Assembly: GCA_001795385.1 (NCBI GenBank)
Contig: MGOU01000020.1
Span: forward strand, 27,539-91,538
Length of the DNA stretch: 64,000 bases
Reading direction: 5' to 3'
Origin: Clostridiales bacterium GWD2_32_19
GTDB taxonomy: Bacteria > Bacillota > Clostridia > Lachnospirales > UBA12420
This document shows, in pieces, positions 44,139 through 56,462 of this stretch. A model generated the notes under the pieces. It was not told the origin of the DNA. It made no database searches and was given only the letters and a program-made list of their open reading frames with translations. The position numbers and the translations under genes were made by a program. Every line of letters begins with the position of its first letter. Position 1 is the stretch's first letter.

Positions 44139-44600
44139 TTACTCTAATTCTGCAAGCTCAATTTTTACATCTAGACTTGAAAAATCTCCTGTTAAGTTTG
44201 CTACAAATTGCTTACTTCCGTTTGCTGGTACCTTATCTGCAAATGCGTTTGCTGTTATTACTAACTTATTTTCTTTGTCATAAAAATATATGTTCATATA
44301 TGGCGTGATCGTGTCACTTGTTAAATTTTCTACTGTTCCTTCTACTGTTGTTATATTATTATTTACTCTTGACGAGATACCTGAGAACTTCACTTTGTCT
44401 TGTATTTGTTTTGCTTCTTCTGTTACTTCCATCTTTAACTCTTCTGGATTTTCTACTTTTATTTGTACATTTGCTTGTGTTTTTTTAGTATCTGCCCCCT
44501 TATTTGTTTCTTGCTTTGATTTATTACCTATTACAGACATTATAATTACTATTAATCCTATTGCTATTACTGCTCCTATTATTATGTTTTTCTTTTCCAT
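44139..44600 (-). CDS. Membrane-anchored small beta-domain protein (intact paralog)
   Basis: N-terminal TM helix. The C-terminal ~105 aa are about 90 percent identical to 41272-41600. GGGGGA RBS. Confidence 0.75.
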   Translation of the reverse strand: MEKKNIIIGAVIAIGLIVIIMSVIGNKSKQETNKGADTKKTQANVQIKVENPEELKMEVTEEAKQIQDKVKFSGISSRVNNNITTVEGTVENLTSDTITPYMNIYFYDKENKLVITANAFADKVPANGSKQFVANLTGDFSSLDVKIELAELE

Positions 44601-44833
44601 TTACATATCCCCCTTAGTTAGTGTAAATTTCACAAGTTTTTAATTTTTAAATACTACACTTATATTATAGTGAAGATGTCTCTTAATACTATTTAATTAA
44701 GGATAATATTGTTTTGTGAACTTGTCAAATTTCAAATTTTGTCATGAGTTCCTTATCTATATTATATCATTTTTTTAAAACATATTTCAACATGTTATGT
44801 TAAGTAATTAATTATTTGATTAACAGAAAAATC

Positions 44834-45580
44834 TCACATCAAAAGTGAGGTTTTCGTTTCTTTAATTGAATTTGTTATGTTTAATATATTCGCATCTATT
44901 TTCTTCTTAGTTTCTATAAAATCACCCATAAACTTGACGATTATATTATCACTTGTATCTTCTATAAATTCATTAGGTGAAAACTCCATATTGCTTAGAA
45001 CAACTGGTAATAAATCATCCTTTTTATATGGCAATTTACCATTGATAACAGTTTCCAATATATTTATCGATTCTGCAAGTTTGCTATACTTATCTTCCGA
45101 CTGCACTTTTTCTAAATCTGAATCGATTGAAGCTGCAATAAATAATATTTTTTTAGCAACCTTTGTTTTTTCTTTAAGTAGTTCATGGGTTGTTTCACAC
45201 ATTTTATTTACATTACTTGAAAAACTTTTTTTATGTTCACCAGATTTTGAAAAATCAGAATTATTACTTCTCAACATAGAAACATATTTGTAAACAATAT
45301 TTTGCATGTGATTTGAATATGCAAAAAGTTCTTCTTTCCTATACACAAACGAATCAAGTGTTTTTCTCATATGAAGCTTATTTACTTCGGATTTATTAAC
45401 CTTTTCATGCGAGGTATTATAAAATTCTTCTATTTTACTATCATAATTTAACTCGATTAGTCTTCTTTCTTCACTTAACATTTCATACAATGTCATCCAA
45501 TCCACATTCTCAGTTCTATTATATGAATACCATAAATCAATTTTTTCCAAATAATTATTTATAGTTACATTATCCGTCAT
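44834..45580 (-). CDS. Hypothetical protein (248 aa), no recognised domain
   Basis: Long ORF directly downstream of DegV on the same strand. Confidence 0.55.
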   Translation of the reverse strand: MTDNVTINNYLEKIDLWYSYNRTENVDWMTLYEMLSEERRLIELNYDSKIEEFYNTSHEKVNKSEVNKLHMRKTLDSFVYRKEELFAYSNHMQNIVYKYVSMLRSNNSDFSKSGEHKKSFSSNVNKMCETTHELLKEKTKVAKKILFIAASIDSDLEKVQSEDKYSKLAESINILETVINGKLPYKKDDLLPVVLSNMEFSPNEFIEDTSDNIIVKFMGDFIETKKKIDANILNITNSIKETKTSLLM

Positions 45581-45607
45581 ATTCCTTCGCCTCTGTATTA
45601 GATTTTA

Positions 45608-46450
45608 CTAAACATCTAAGTTCAGTATTGCTATTCCTACTGCTCCTGGTCCTAGATGTACGCCTATAGTAGGCCCCATGTCGCATTTGTGTACATTTTT
45701 AGCGCCGTATTCTGTCTTTAATTTTTCTATCATTTTTTCAGCTGCCTCATCACTCGCAGCATTTAAAACAAATATGTCCGAGTCTTCCTTTATATAATCT
45801 TTTACATACTCTAACATATATGTTATACCTTTCCCATTTCCACGAACTTTATCAAGGGTATCTATAAGTCCATCTTTTAGTACTAATATTGGTTTTAAAT
45901 TAAGAATTGTACCTATCATAGCTTTTGCAGGTGATAATCTGCCACCTTTTTTTAAATACTCCAGTGTATCTGCCATAACAACAAGTTTAGAATTATTTTT
46001 AATCCGCTCTATCTCTTTAATTATTTCATCTATTGTTCTTCCTTTTTCTATTAGTTTGGCTGCATATAATATTATCGATCCCAAACCTACTGTAACATTT
46101 CTCGAATCAATTAAATGAATTTTATCGTTTACTATTAACTCTTTTGCAATTTTAGCTGAATTGAAAGTACCACTCAGGTCACTAGATATAAATATACCTA
46201 ATACCTCGTCTTTTGCTTTTAAAATATTTTCAAAGATATCTTCAAACTCTGCTGGATTTACTTGAGATGTTTTTGGAAGTTCGTTACAATCCTTCAACTT
46301 TTCATAGAACATCTTTGCTGAAATTTCTACCGTATCTTTGTAGGCTCTATCTTTAAAATGTACAGTAAGTGGTGCTATTTCAATATTATATTTTCCTATT
46401 AGCTCTTCATTTAAATCTGATGTACTATCTGTAACTATCCTTATCCCCAT
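45608..46450 (-). CDS. DegV-family fatty-acid-binding protein
   Basis: IRIVTDSTSDL...typical DegV layout, 280 aa. Confidence 0.9.
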   Translation of the reverse strand: MGIRIVTDSTSDLNEELIGKYNIEIAPLTVHFKDRAYKDTVEISAKMFYEKLKDCNELPKTSQVNPAEFEDIFENILKAKDEVLGIFISSDLSGTFNSAKIAKELIVNDKIHLIDSRNVTVGLGSIILYAAKLIEKGRTIDEIIKEIERIKNNSKLVVMADTLEYLKKGGRLSPAKAMIGTILNLKPILVLKDGLIDTLDKVRGNGKGITYMLEYVKDYIKEDSDIFVLNAASDEAAEKMIEKLKTEYGAKNVHKCDMGPTIGVHLGPGAVGIAILNLDV

Positions 46451-46627
46451 GTCCTCAGCTCCTATAGATATTATCTCTTTCTAAACTGATTTTACCTTTT
46501 TTTTACCTATATGTCAAGGGAATTTTGATCCTATTGTTATTTTTCATCCTGAATACTTCTACCAATACTGATACACATCACTAACTATTTCCTACTAAAT
46601 TTCAGAAAATTGCAAGCGTTTTAAACT

Positions 46628-46656
46628 AAAAAAAGAGCATTCTTTGCTCTTTTTTC
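46628..46656 (-). terminator. Terminator downstream of the PilZ gene
   Basis: Stem agagca/tgctct, flanked by A/T runs. Confidence 0.55.
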
Positions 46657-47011
46657 ATCTACACCTGGTTATTTCCCATCTGTATACATAAGCTCGTATG
46701 TTTTTTTCTGTACCATATGACATTTTTTCAAACTTTGCTCCACAGTCATATTTCCCACCTTCAAAATTAACTCTAACTATTTTGCAAACAATTTTTTCAA
46801 TTACTTTGTCTACTAATAATTCTATTATGTATTTATTTCCTTCTTCTATTTCATTCGAGGTTATAAAATGTATCCCTGTCGCACTTATATCAGAAATTTC
46901 TACATTAAATTTATCTCTTTCTTTTACTTGTTCACTTGAATTTTCTGGTGCTTTTGACATTTTAATTACTTGATTATACTGCGCCCTTAAATCATTCCTA
47001 TGCTGTTGCAT
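46655..47011 (-). CDS. PilZ-domain (c-di-GMP-binding) protein
   Basis: RNDLR (RxxxR) followed ~32 aa later by DISATG (DxSxxG). Confidence 0.75.
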   Translation of the reverse strand: MQQHRNDLRAQYNQVIKMSKAPENSSEQVKERDKFNVEISDISATGIHFITSNEIEEGNKYIIELLVDKVIEKIVCKIVRVNFEGGKYDCGAKFEKMSYGTEKNIRAYVYRWEITRCR

Positions 47012-47045
47012 ATTATCCTCTCCTAATGTGTTAATTTTTATTGTG

Positions 47046-47741
47046 CTATTTCTCTACTATGTATTTTTCTATTTTTGCTGGAAGCGTTCCAATAAACTCT
47101 AGTCTATCCTTCTCTATATATAATTGTTCAATAGAAAGTCCATTATACTTTGAGATTATAAAGGTGATAAAAGGTGACAAAGATGCTTGAACTTTGTCTA
47201 CTACATCAGATCCCAAGTGAATATTTCCTAAATATATTTTTTCTACGGATGCATCTATATTATATTTACCATATGAATTAATCTTCCCTTTAATATATAT
47301 AGGAGTGTCCTCCATCATATCTAACAAAAATACATACTTACCCACATTAGGATCTGTCTTAGCTGTTTCCTTTAGAAAATCAACCGTTGCCTTCTCTAAA
47401 GTAAAGTTCGCCTCTACTTCATTATTATCCAAAAGGTTTATCTTTATATTACTTATAGGTCCCAATTCATTATTAGCTGTAGATAACATTGCGCTCATTT
47501 CTTTACTTGAAAAAACAGTTTGCACTTGATTTCCCCCATAACATATAAGTTTATCATTTAATACATCTGTTAAATTTAAATCATTGATATTTTCAACATC
47601 CAATTTTGTCTTTTTTATTCCGTTTTCATAATCAGCTGTGGTCCACTCTACATCAACAGTTTTTGTCATTCTCAAAAAAAATGTAAAGCCAATGGCAAAA
47701 ACTATTAAATCAAAAATTATAAACCTTATGAATTTCATCAT
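47046..47741 (-). CDS. Membrane-anchored hypothetical protein
   Basis: N-terminal TM helix. 231 aa. Lies 35 nt upstream of the PilZ gene on the same strand. Confidence 0.6.
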   Translation of the reverse strand: MMKFIRFIIFDLIVFAIGFTFFLRMTKTVDVEWTTADYENGIKKTKLDVENINDLNLTDVLNDKLICYGGNQVQTVFSSKEMSAMLSTANNELGPISNIKINLLDNNEVEANFTLEKATVDFLKETAKTDPNVGKYVFLLDMMEDTPIYIKGKINSYGKYNIDASVEKIYLGNIHLGSDVVDKVQASLSPFITFIISKYNGLSIEQLYIEKDRLEFIGTLPAKIEKYIVEK

Positions 47742-47828
47742 GTTAATACCCTCCGCTTATCAATTCATATTAAAATATTAGCAATACAAATTTATATTAA
47801 TCTATCTCACTATTTTATACATTTCTAC

Positions 47829-47864
47829 AAAAAAAGTCAAGCATTTTTTAACTTGACTTTTTTC
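47829..47864 (-). terminator. Hairpin terminator following the displaced PFOR 3' end copy
   Basis: aaaagtcaag-cattttttaa-cttgactttt. Confidence 0.6.
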
Positions 47865-47913
47865 TACATTTTCACTCATAAACCCTTCTAAACCTTTTAC
47901 ATTAATATCCCTT

Positions 47914-48018
47914 TTTAGTATTCCATCTTACTCATTCTTACATATCCTTCATATCTATCTTTTGCTTGTTTCTCTGCTTCTACAAATAACTTATCTGCCA
48001 TTTCTGGGAATTGTTTTT
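47914..48018. repeat. Direct repeat A: displaced duplicate of the PFOR 3' end
   Basis: 105 bp aligning to 49762-49866 with 3-4 mismatches. On the minus strand it encodes [33 protein letters not shown]. Confidence 0.9.
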
Positions 48019-48025
48019 AATAGTT

Positions 48026-48724
48026 TTAAGATTCTATCAGAATCTCTAGTTCTACTTCTATACTTTCCCTGATATCATCATAATAAACCTTACTTACCTT
48101 ACAATCTATCTTGTAATTATTATCAATAGCAATTGAAATTGCTTTACTAAAATACTTTGGTATATAGCCTAATTTAGCATTTTCTTTACTAAAAACCTCT
48201 ATTGCACATTCATCAAATTCATTGCAAGGCTCCTTTTTTAAAATCAATCTTTCATACTCAGTTAATCCCATTTTTTTTAATTTTTCTATATCTTCTATAT
48301 AATATCTAATACCTGCTAAATAAAAATCCCTTTTAAAGTTTTTCTCATTATTCTCAAAGTTTATCGGTTCCACAAATTCTAGCATGTCAGTCGGTAACTT
48401 ACCACCATTCTTTTTCAAAAACTCAAATTCATTATATTCTTCTAATTCGTATTTTTCTAGAATCTCTTTTATATTTTTCCTTCTTTTATCTGGTAGTCTA
48501 GTAGTAAACGCCGGAAACATTCTTTGATTTTCATAAACCTTGTCTATATCGGAAAAAGCTGGAAGTAACTCAAATTTCGCTTTTTTTGCTTCTTTTACAC
48601 CATCTTTATCATATTTAAATTCAAATCCATAACTTGTTTTTGCTAACTCTGCAATTTTATACCTATTACGTTTTTCAGGATCTTGCCAAATTAACCATAA
48701 AACATTTTTTTCCATATTAATCAA
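48026..48724 (-). CDS. HipA-N-terminal-like domain fused to a HIRAN domain
   Basis: N-terminal half (LLPAFSD...FPAFTTRLPDKRRKNIKEIL...FLKKNGGKLPTDMLEFVEP) resembles the HipA N-terminal (HipS-like) domain. C-terminal half (FYLAGIRYY...LILKKEPCNEFDECAIEVF...KLGYIPK) fits HIRAN. It overlaps the kinase gene by 8 nt. Confidence 0.65.
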   Translation of the reverse strand: MINMEKNVLWLIWQDPEKRNRYKIAELAKTSYGFEFKYDKDGVKEAKKAKFELLPAFSDIDKVYENQRMFPAFTTRLPDKRRKNIKEILEKYELEEYNEFEFLKKNGGKLPTDMLEFVEPINFENNEKNFKRDFYLAGIRYYIEDIEKLKKMGLTEYERLILKKEPCNEFDECAIEVFSKENAKLGYIPKYFSKAISIAIDNNYKIDCKVSKVYYDDIRESIEVELEILIES

Positions 48725-49603
48725 ACTCCTTTCCTATTATTTTTTCCCTTCTATCTACTAAAAATTTTATTAAAAGTTTTTTCCTTTTAGAACTAATAGT
48801 ATCCTCATCAAATTCATATACTAGTTCCTTTATTACTTCTTCATTCAAATTTTCTTTTATTCTCGAAATTATTCCCTTCACTTCATGACAATATTCCAAA
48901 TTCAACATTATAAGCAATTCAAAGTGTTGCATTTTTCGTTTATTTTTCCATCCTACTAAAGCTTTTGATTTTGTAGTTAACATTGCCTGATATCTGCACT
49001 TGTCTCTTAATATATCTTCAATATCTTCTTCATTATTATAGCAACATAATGAAGAACTATTATCGTATACTGGTGCTATTTTAATAGTCCTCTCTATTTC
49101 ATTGAAAACGACTCCCCAATTACTATGGTGCCTATCAGAATTACCTATTAGTATATCAAAAATTATAATTTCTAATATCTCTGTACTAAGTCCAACTACA
49201 TTTATGGCTTCTACTATCATTTGTATATCATAATGTCTATCTAAAACCGTATCATAGAATTTGTTTTCATCATAATCAATAAATATTTTTGTTATAAAAT
49301 TTATACCTTCTACTAGTGTCTCCGAATTTTCTAAAAAATAATAGTTCATAGAACCTATCCTGCCTTTATATTTTCCTATTTCCACACTTTGGCAAGGTAG
49401 GTTTATTCTATCAGCTAACATACTTGCTAACTTTTCTGCCCAATATTCTCCTGTGATAACTCCTTTGCTATCCTTCTTCGGAAATTTAAAAAGACCTATC
49501 TTTTTTCTTTTATATTTACTAACCAAAGCTTTTCACTTGCTCCAGACCCCTCTGGAGAATTTTTTATTTCTTCCCAATTATCAAAGTTCTTTAGTTCAAC
49601 CAT
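48717..49603 (-). pseudogene. HipA-like Ser/Thr kinase core, frameshifted at an A6 tract
   Basis: Catalytic block FDILIGNSDRHHSNWGV. The ATG at 49603 (GGAG RBS) encodes MVELKNFDNWEEIKNSPEGSGASEKLWLVNIKEKR*. One extra A in the run 49501-49506 would fuse it to ...KKIGLFKFPKKDSKGVITGEYWAEKLA. Confidence 0.75.
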
Positions 49604-49714
49604 TTTCCAAATCTCCTAACCTACTACTTATTATCCAAATTTATACTATCATATTTATGTTTAAATTTCAATCTTTTTAATAAAACTTTAATATAATGTT
49701 AATATACAAGTTCA

Positions 49715-49759
49715 AATATAAACAAGGGAGCCGTCTTCCTCGGCTCCCTTGTTTATATT
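49715..49759 (-). terminator. Strong terminator immediately after the functional PFOR stop codon
   Basis: 19-bp stem aatataaacaagggagccg/cggctcccttgtttatatt. Confidence 0.7.
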
Positions 49760-49761
49760 GA

Positions 49762-53296
<3,535 letters not shown>

Positions 53297-53461
53297 TTAA
53301 AAATCCCCCTTTGAAGTACATTTGAAAATAAAATTGAAAATTAAAAGTATTACCATAAAACTTTCAATTTTACATCTTCTATTTTAAATTTATATATTCA
53401 TTATATATTTATTTTCTAAATTTTACAAGAAAATTTTATAAAATGTTCTTAAAATATATAT

Positions 53462-53499
53462 AAAATAACAACCTAAGATTAATCTTAGGTTGTTATTTT
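53462..53499 (-). terminator. Perfect palindrome terminator of the small acidic ORF
   Basis: aaaataacaacctaagatt/aatcttaggttgttatttt. Confidence 0.6.
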
Positions 53500-53536
53500 A
53501 TATATATGATATTATGTTTTTGCTAATAACTATATG

Positions 53537-53776
53537 TTAAATATTTGGCTCATCATCAGGGATTATCTCATCTTCTACATCTAAATTATACTCCTGCTTT
53601 TCTTGCTTAACTTCATTTGGGTACCGTCCTTTCATTCTCCAACCATTTCTATAAGCTTCTAAACCTAGTTCATTTATTAATTTATTTTGTTCTTTATAAA
53701 ACTCATCATTTTTTTCTAATATTTCTTTTACCTGTACTAAAGGATCTTTCGAGTCTGGTCCATCCCCAAACATCAT
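53537..53776 (-). CDS. Small acidic hypothetical protein (79 aa)
   Basis: GGGAGG RBS. MMFGDGPDSKD... The N-terminus and RBS region are paralogous to 54199-54411. Confidence 0.55.
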   Translation of the reverse strand: MMFGDGPDSKDPLVQVKEILEKNDEFYKEQNKLINELGLEAYRNGWRMKGRYPNEVKQEKQEYNLDVEDEIIPDDEPNI

Positions 53777-53799
53777 ATTTAAACCTCCCTACAATAATA

Positions 53800-53875
53800 G
53801 GTAGTGTAAAATATTTATATTACTAAATACTACACTATATCTTTTTATTCAATATATTTTATCAGTATTATCTTC
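53800..53875 (-). promoter_or_regulatory. Shared leader/promoter cassette, copy upstream of the small acidic ORF
   Basis: Same cassette as 14004-14080 and 33995-34071. Lies 23 nt from the ATG. Confidence 0.55.
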
Positions 53876-53980
53876 TCTCTCCCTTCATTGTGACATCCTA
53901 AGACTTGGTTTGTGTATTGTGCAAACCTAGACATAGGGGTCCTCTAGGAGGGTGTACGAAGCAATCTCTCTTTTATTTCT
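53876..53980. repeat. MITE-like repeat, variant subfamily, truncated
   Basis: cattgtgacatcctaagacttggtttgtgtattgtgcaaacctag...ggagggtgtacgaagcaatctc matches the left part of 14081-14250, at the same position relative to the cassette. Confidence 0.6.
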
Positions 53981-54198
53981 ATACTATAGTTTCGTATAAA
54001 TCCTTCCTTTCTGGATTATTTATTTTATTTGCTATTATAACATTATTTTACAATCTTTACAAGAACTTGTGAAATTTTACAAATAAAAACAACAACCCAA
54101 GATTACTATTAGGTTATTGTTTGTTATACTTTATATTATGTTTTTGCTATAACTCAATGTTTTAATAATTCAAACATCGTCATAACCTAATTCATCTA

Positions 54199-54411
54199 TT
54201 AATCAAAATCCGCCTCTTGGTCTATCTTTAACAGAACATCCCCATATTCACATTCTACACTATCTAATTCTCGTGTTGTAGTTACCTGCTTAATTCTTAA
54301 ACCTTCTTTTGCTACACGTTCACTTTCTCTCTGATCTTGGTAATAATTTTGAAATAATATCCTTGTTACCTCTGCTAAATCATCTTCTTCACAGTCATCC
54401 CCAAATCTCAT
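54199..54411 (-). CDS. Small acidic hypothetical protein (70 aa), paralog
   Basis: Start at the internal ATG with a GGAG RBS: MRFGDDCEEDD... The ORF track extends to 54453. Confidence 0.5.
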   Translation of the reverse strand: MRFGDDCEEDDLAEVTRILFQNYYQDQRESERVAKEGLRIKQVTTTRELDSVECEYGDVLLKIDQEADFD

Positions 54412-54576
54412 ATTAAATCTCCTTCTTTTAGTTTTTGTATTATTATGCAACATATTTTGACAAAAGTCAATGCATTTTACTTTTTTTTACAATTTTATTA
54501 ATGAAAGTTATTTTTCATATTTATTTTTTCCGTTTTACAAAAAATTCTAGAAAAATCTTTATGATTATTTTATAAT

Positions 54577-54605
54577 TTGACATTGTTCGACATTTATAGT
54601 ATAAT
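54577..54605 (+). promoter_or_regulatory. Consensus sigma-A promoter
   Basis: TTGACA-17 nt-TATAAT. The spacer contains ttcgaca, which is TGTCGAA on the other strand. Confidence 0.6.
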
Positions 54606-54645
54606 TATAAAAATTATAAAAATTATGTTTTATTGGAGGAATATT

Positions 54646-54951
54646 ATGAATAATAACATTATAGAAACAAGTCACAATAAACCAACACTTATAGAGGCAT
54701 TCGTTACTTATGTTCAAGAATCGTACGAGGGGATTCCTCAGGATCAATTCTCTGATATTATAGAACCTTTTTGTGAGGATGATCAATTGTGTAGATCTTT
54801 AATTATGGCCATTAATTCAAAACCTGAAAAATCTCTCAATGCTTCATCATTAGCTATGCTCACAATTATAGCTAATAATACTAACGGTGCTAATATATTG
54901 CAAGAGTATATACCTAGTAGTAATGAGAATGATATACCTACTATAGAATAA
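54646..54951 (+). CDS. Hypothetical protein (101 aa)
   Basis: ATG with a GGAGG RBS. The ORF-track start at 54577 lies inside the promoter. Confidence 0.55.
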   Translation: MNNNIIETSHNKPTLIEAFVTYVQESYEGIPQDQFSDIIEPFCEDDQLCRSLIMAINSKPEKSLNASSLAMLTIIANNTNGANILQEYIPSSNENDIPTIE

Positions 54952-54961
54952 ACTAAAAAAT

Positions 54962-55012
54962 AAAAAAATACTCCCTCGGCAAATGTACCATTTGCCGAGG
55001 GAGTATTTTTTT
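54962..55012. terminator. Bidirectional terminator
   Basis: aaaaaaatactccctcggcaaatg-tac-catttgccgagggagtattttttt. Confidence 0.75.
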
Positions 55013-55017
55013 ATTTT

Positions 55018-56358
55018 TTAGTTTATAGTTCCGCTTATCTTACTCATATACGCCGCATCCTCTAGCCCTAACCTCCATATAGCTACACCCAAAAGTCCAT
55101 AATCATTTACCATATTAAGTTTAAAAGGTATGCTGTATGAGTTTTCAAACCAAACTTCGTGTCTTACTCCTAGTGCATCATAGTAAATGTAGTATGGTGT
55201 TTGTGATACTGAGTCCCATATTATAGTTGCACCATATGTAGTTGCTATCTCATATGCTTTACTCACACTATATGACTTTGTACCATTACTAGACCAGTCG
55301 TATGCGTATGCTGCAAGACCTAGCAATATTTTTTCTTTTGGTATTACTGTCACTGCATATTCCACTACTCTTTTTACCCAACCATATGATGCTATCGCTC
55401 CTGGGGTCCCACCCGGATAATGTTCATCATATGACATTATAACTATTTGATCTGCATACATATTTAAGCTTTTATAGTCAAATGCACCGTTCCATCCATC
55501 GGTTGTACTGTCGTATGTTTTTGCTGGAACCGCTATTGTGACTAAGTATCCCTTTGGATTCAAAGTCTCATATAACTCCTTCATAAATGTAGTCATATGC
55601 TCACGGTTAGCTGCATAAACCCCTTCTATGTCTACATTTACTCCTGCATATCCATACTTTCCTATCTCTATTATTATGTTATTTATTAGAGTCGCTCTAT
55701 TTGTTGCGCTTTCCAAAAGTTGCTTAGCAACTGAACCGCTAAATTGGTTTGATATAGAAGCTTGAACTTTTATATTATTACTTTTTGCATATTGTATTTG
55801 CTCTAACGGAATAATTCCTGTAAGATTTCCGCTTCCATCTACTGTATATGTATGTGTAACTATTTCATCAATCATATCTTTGTTTGCAACTATTGAGTTG
55901 TATGATGATTTATCTCCTGAGTAATAATATGTAGCATATCCTAGAACTACTTTTCCAGTACTCACAGGTGGAGTAATTACTGGCAACGCCTCTGTTGTAA
56001 TCTTTACATGATTCGATTCAATTGATACAGTAAATTTATTAAACGCTACGATGTAGTACCAATAATCAGTACTTGGTTGTAATCCAGTATGATTATAACT
56101 TGCAGCATACACTGTACTCAATAACTTATAGCTTATGTCACTAGAAGTAGCTCCATAAACCCTGTATCCTGCAGCATTCGTCACACTGTTCCATTTTAAA
56201 TCTATTTCATCTTTCGTAACATTAGTAGTAATCAAACTTGTTGGTGCTGCTAAAACATTTTTTGCTGTAGGCTTTCCGGCTTCTGTCACACCAGTAAAAG
56301 ATGTGATAATCATAACAAATGCCAAAATTACTGCGACATACCTTTTAAAGCATTTCAT
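55018..56358 (-). CDS. Secreted GH18 glycoside hydrolase (YaaH/YdhD-like) with N-terminal Fn3 domain
   Basis: Signal peptide. Fn3-like LKWNSVTNAAGYRVY. GH18 catalytic block GYAGVNVDIEG. Confidence 0.85.
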   Translation of the reverse strand: MKCFKRYVAVILAFVMIITSFTGVTEAGKPTAKNVLAAPTSLITTNVTKDEIDLKWNSVTNAAGYRVYGATSSDISYKLLSTVYAASYNHTGLQPSTDYWYYIVAFNKFTVSIESNHVKITTEALPVITPPVSTGKVVLGYATYYYSGDKSSYNSIVANKDMIDEIVTHTYTVDGSGNLTGIIPLEQIQYAKSNNIKVQASISNQFSGSVAKQLLESATNRATLINNIIIEIGKYGYAGVNVDIEGVYAANREHMTTFMKELYETLNPKGYLVTIAVPAKTYDSTTDGWNGAFDYKSLNMYADQIVIMSYDEHYPGGTPGAIASYGWVKRVVEYAVTVIPKEKILLGLAAYAYDWSSNGTKSYSVSKAYEIATTYGATIIWDSVSQTPYYIYYDALGVRHEVWFENSYSIPFKLNMVNDYGLLGVAIWRLGLEDAAYMSKISGTIN

Positions 56359-56462
56359 AACAAAACCCCCTTATAATGTAATGGTTACCTATATTTACAT
56401 TATAAGGCTTTTTTGTAAATAAAACAATGGGAATAAAACCCAATAAAAATAGGACCAAAGTC

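Noticed and set aside
54030-54100. A Rex- or CRP-like operator, TTGTGAAATTTTACAA, plus the recurring ttttacaa motifs near PFOR.
   Set aside because: The half-site spacing does not fit the TTGTGAA-N4-TTCACAA or TGTGA-N6-TCACA consensus. In AT-rich DNA the motif recurrence is weak evidence.
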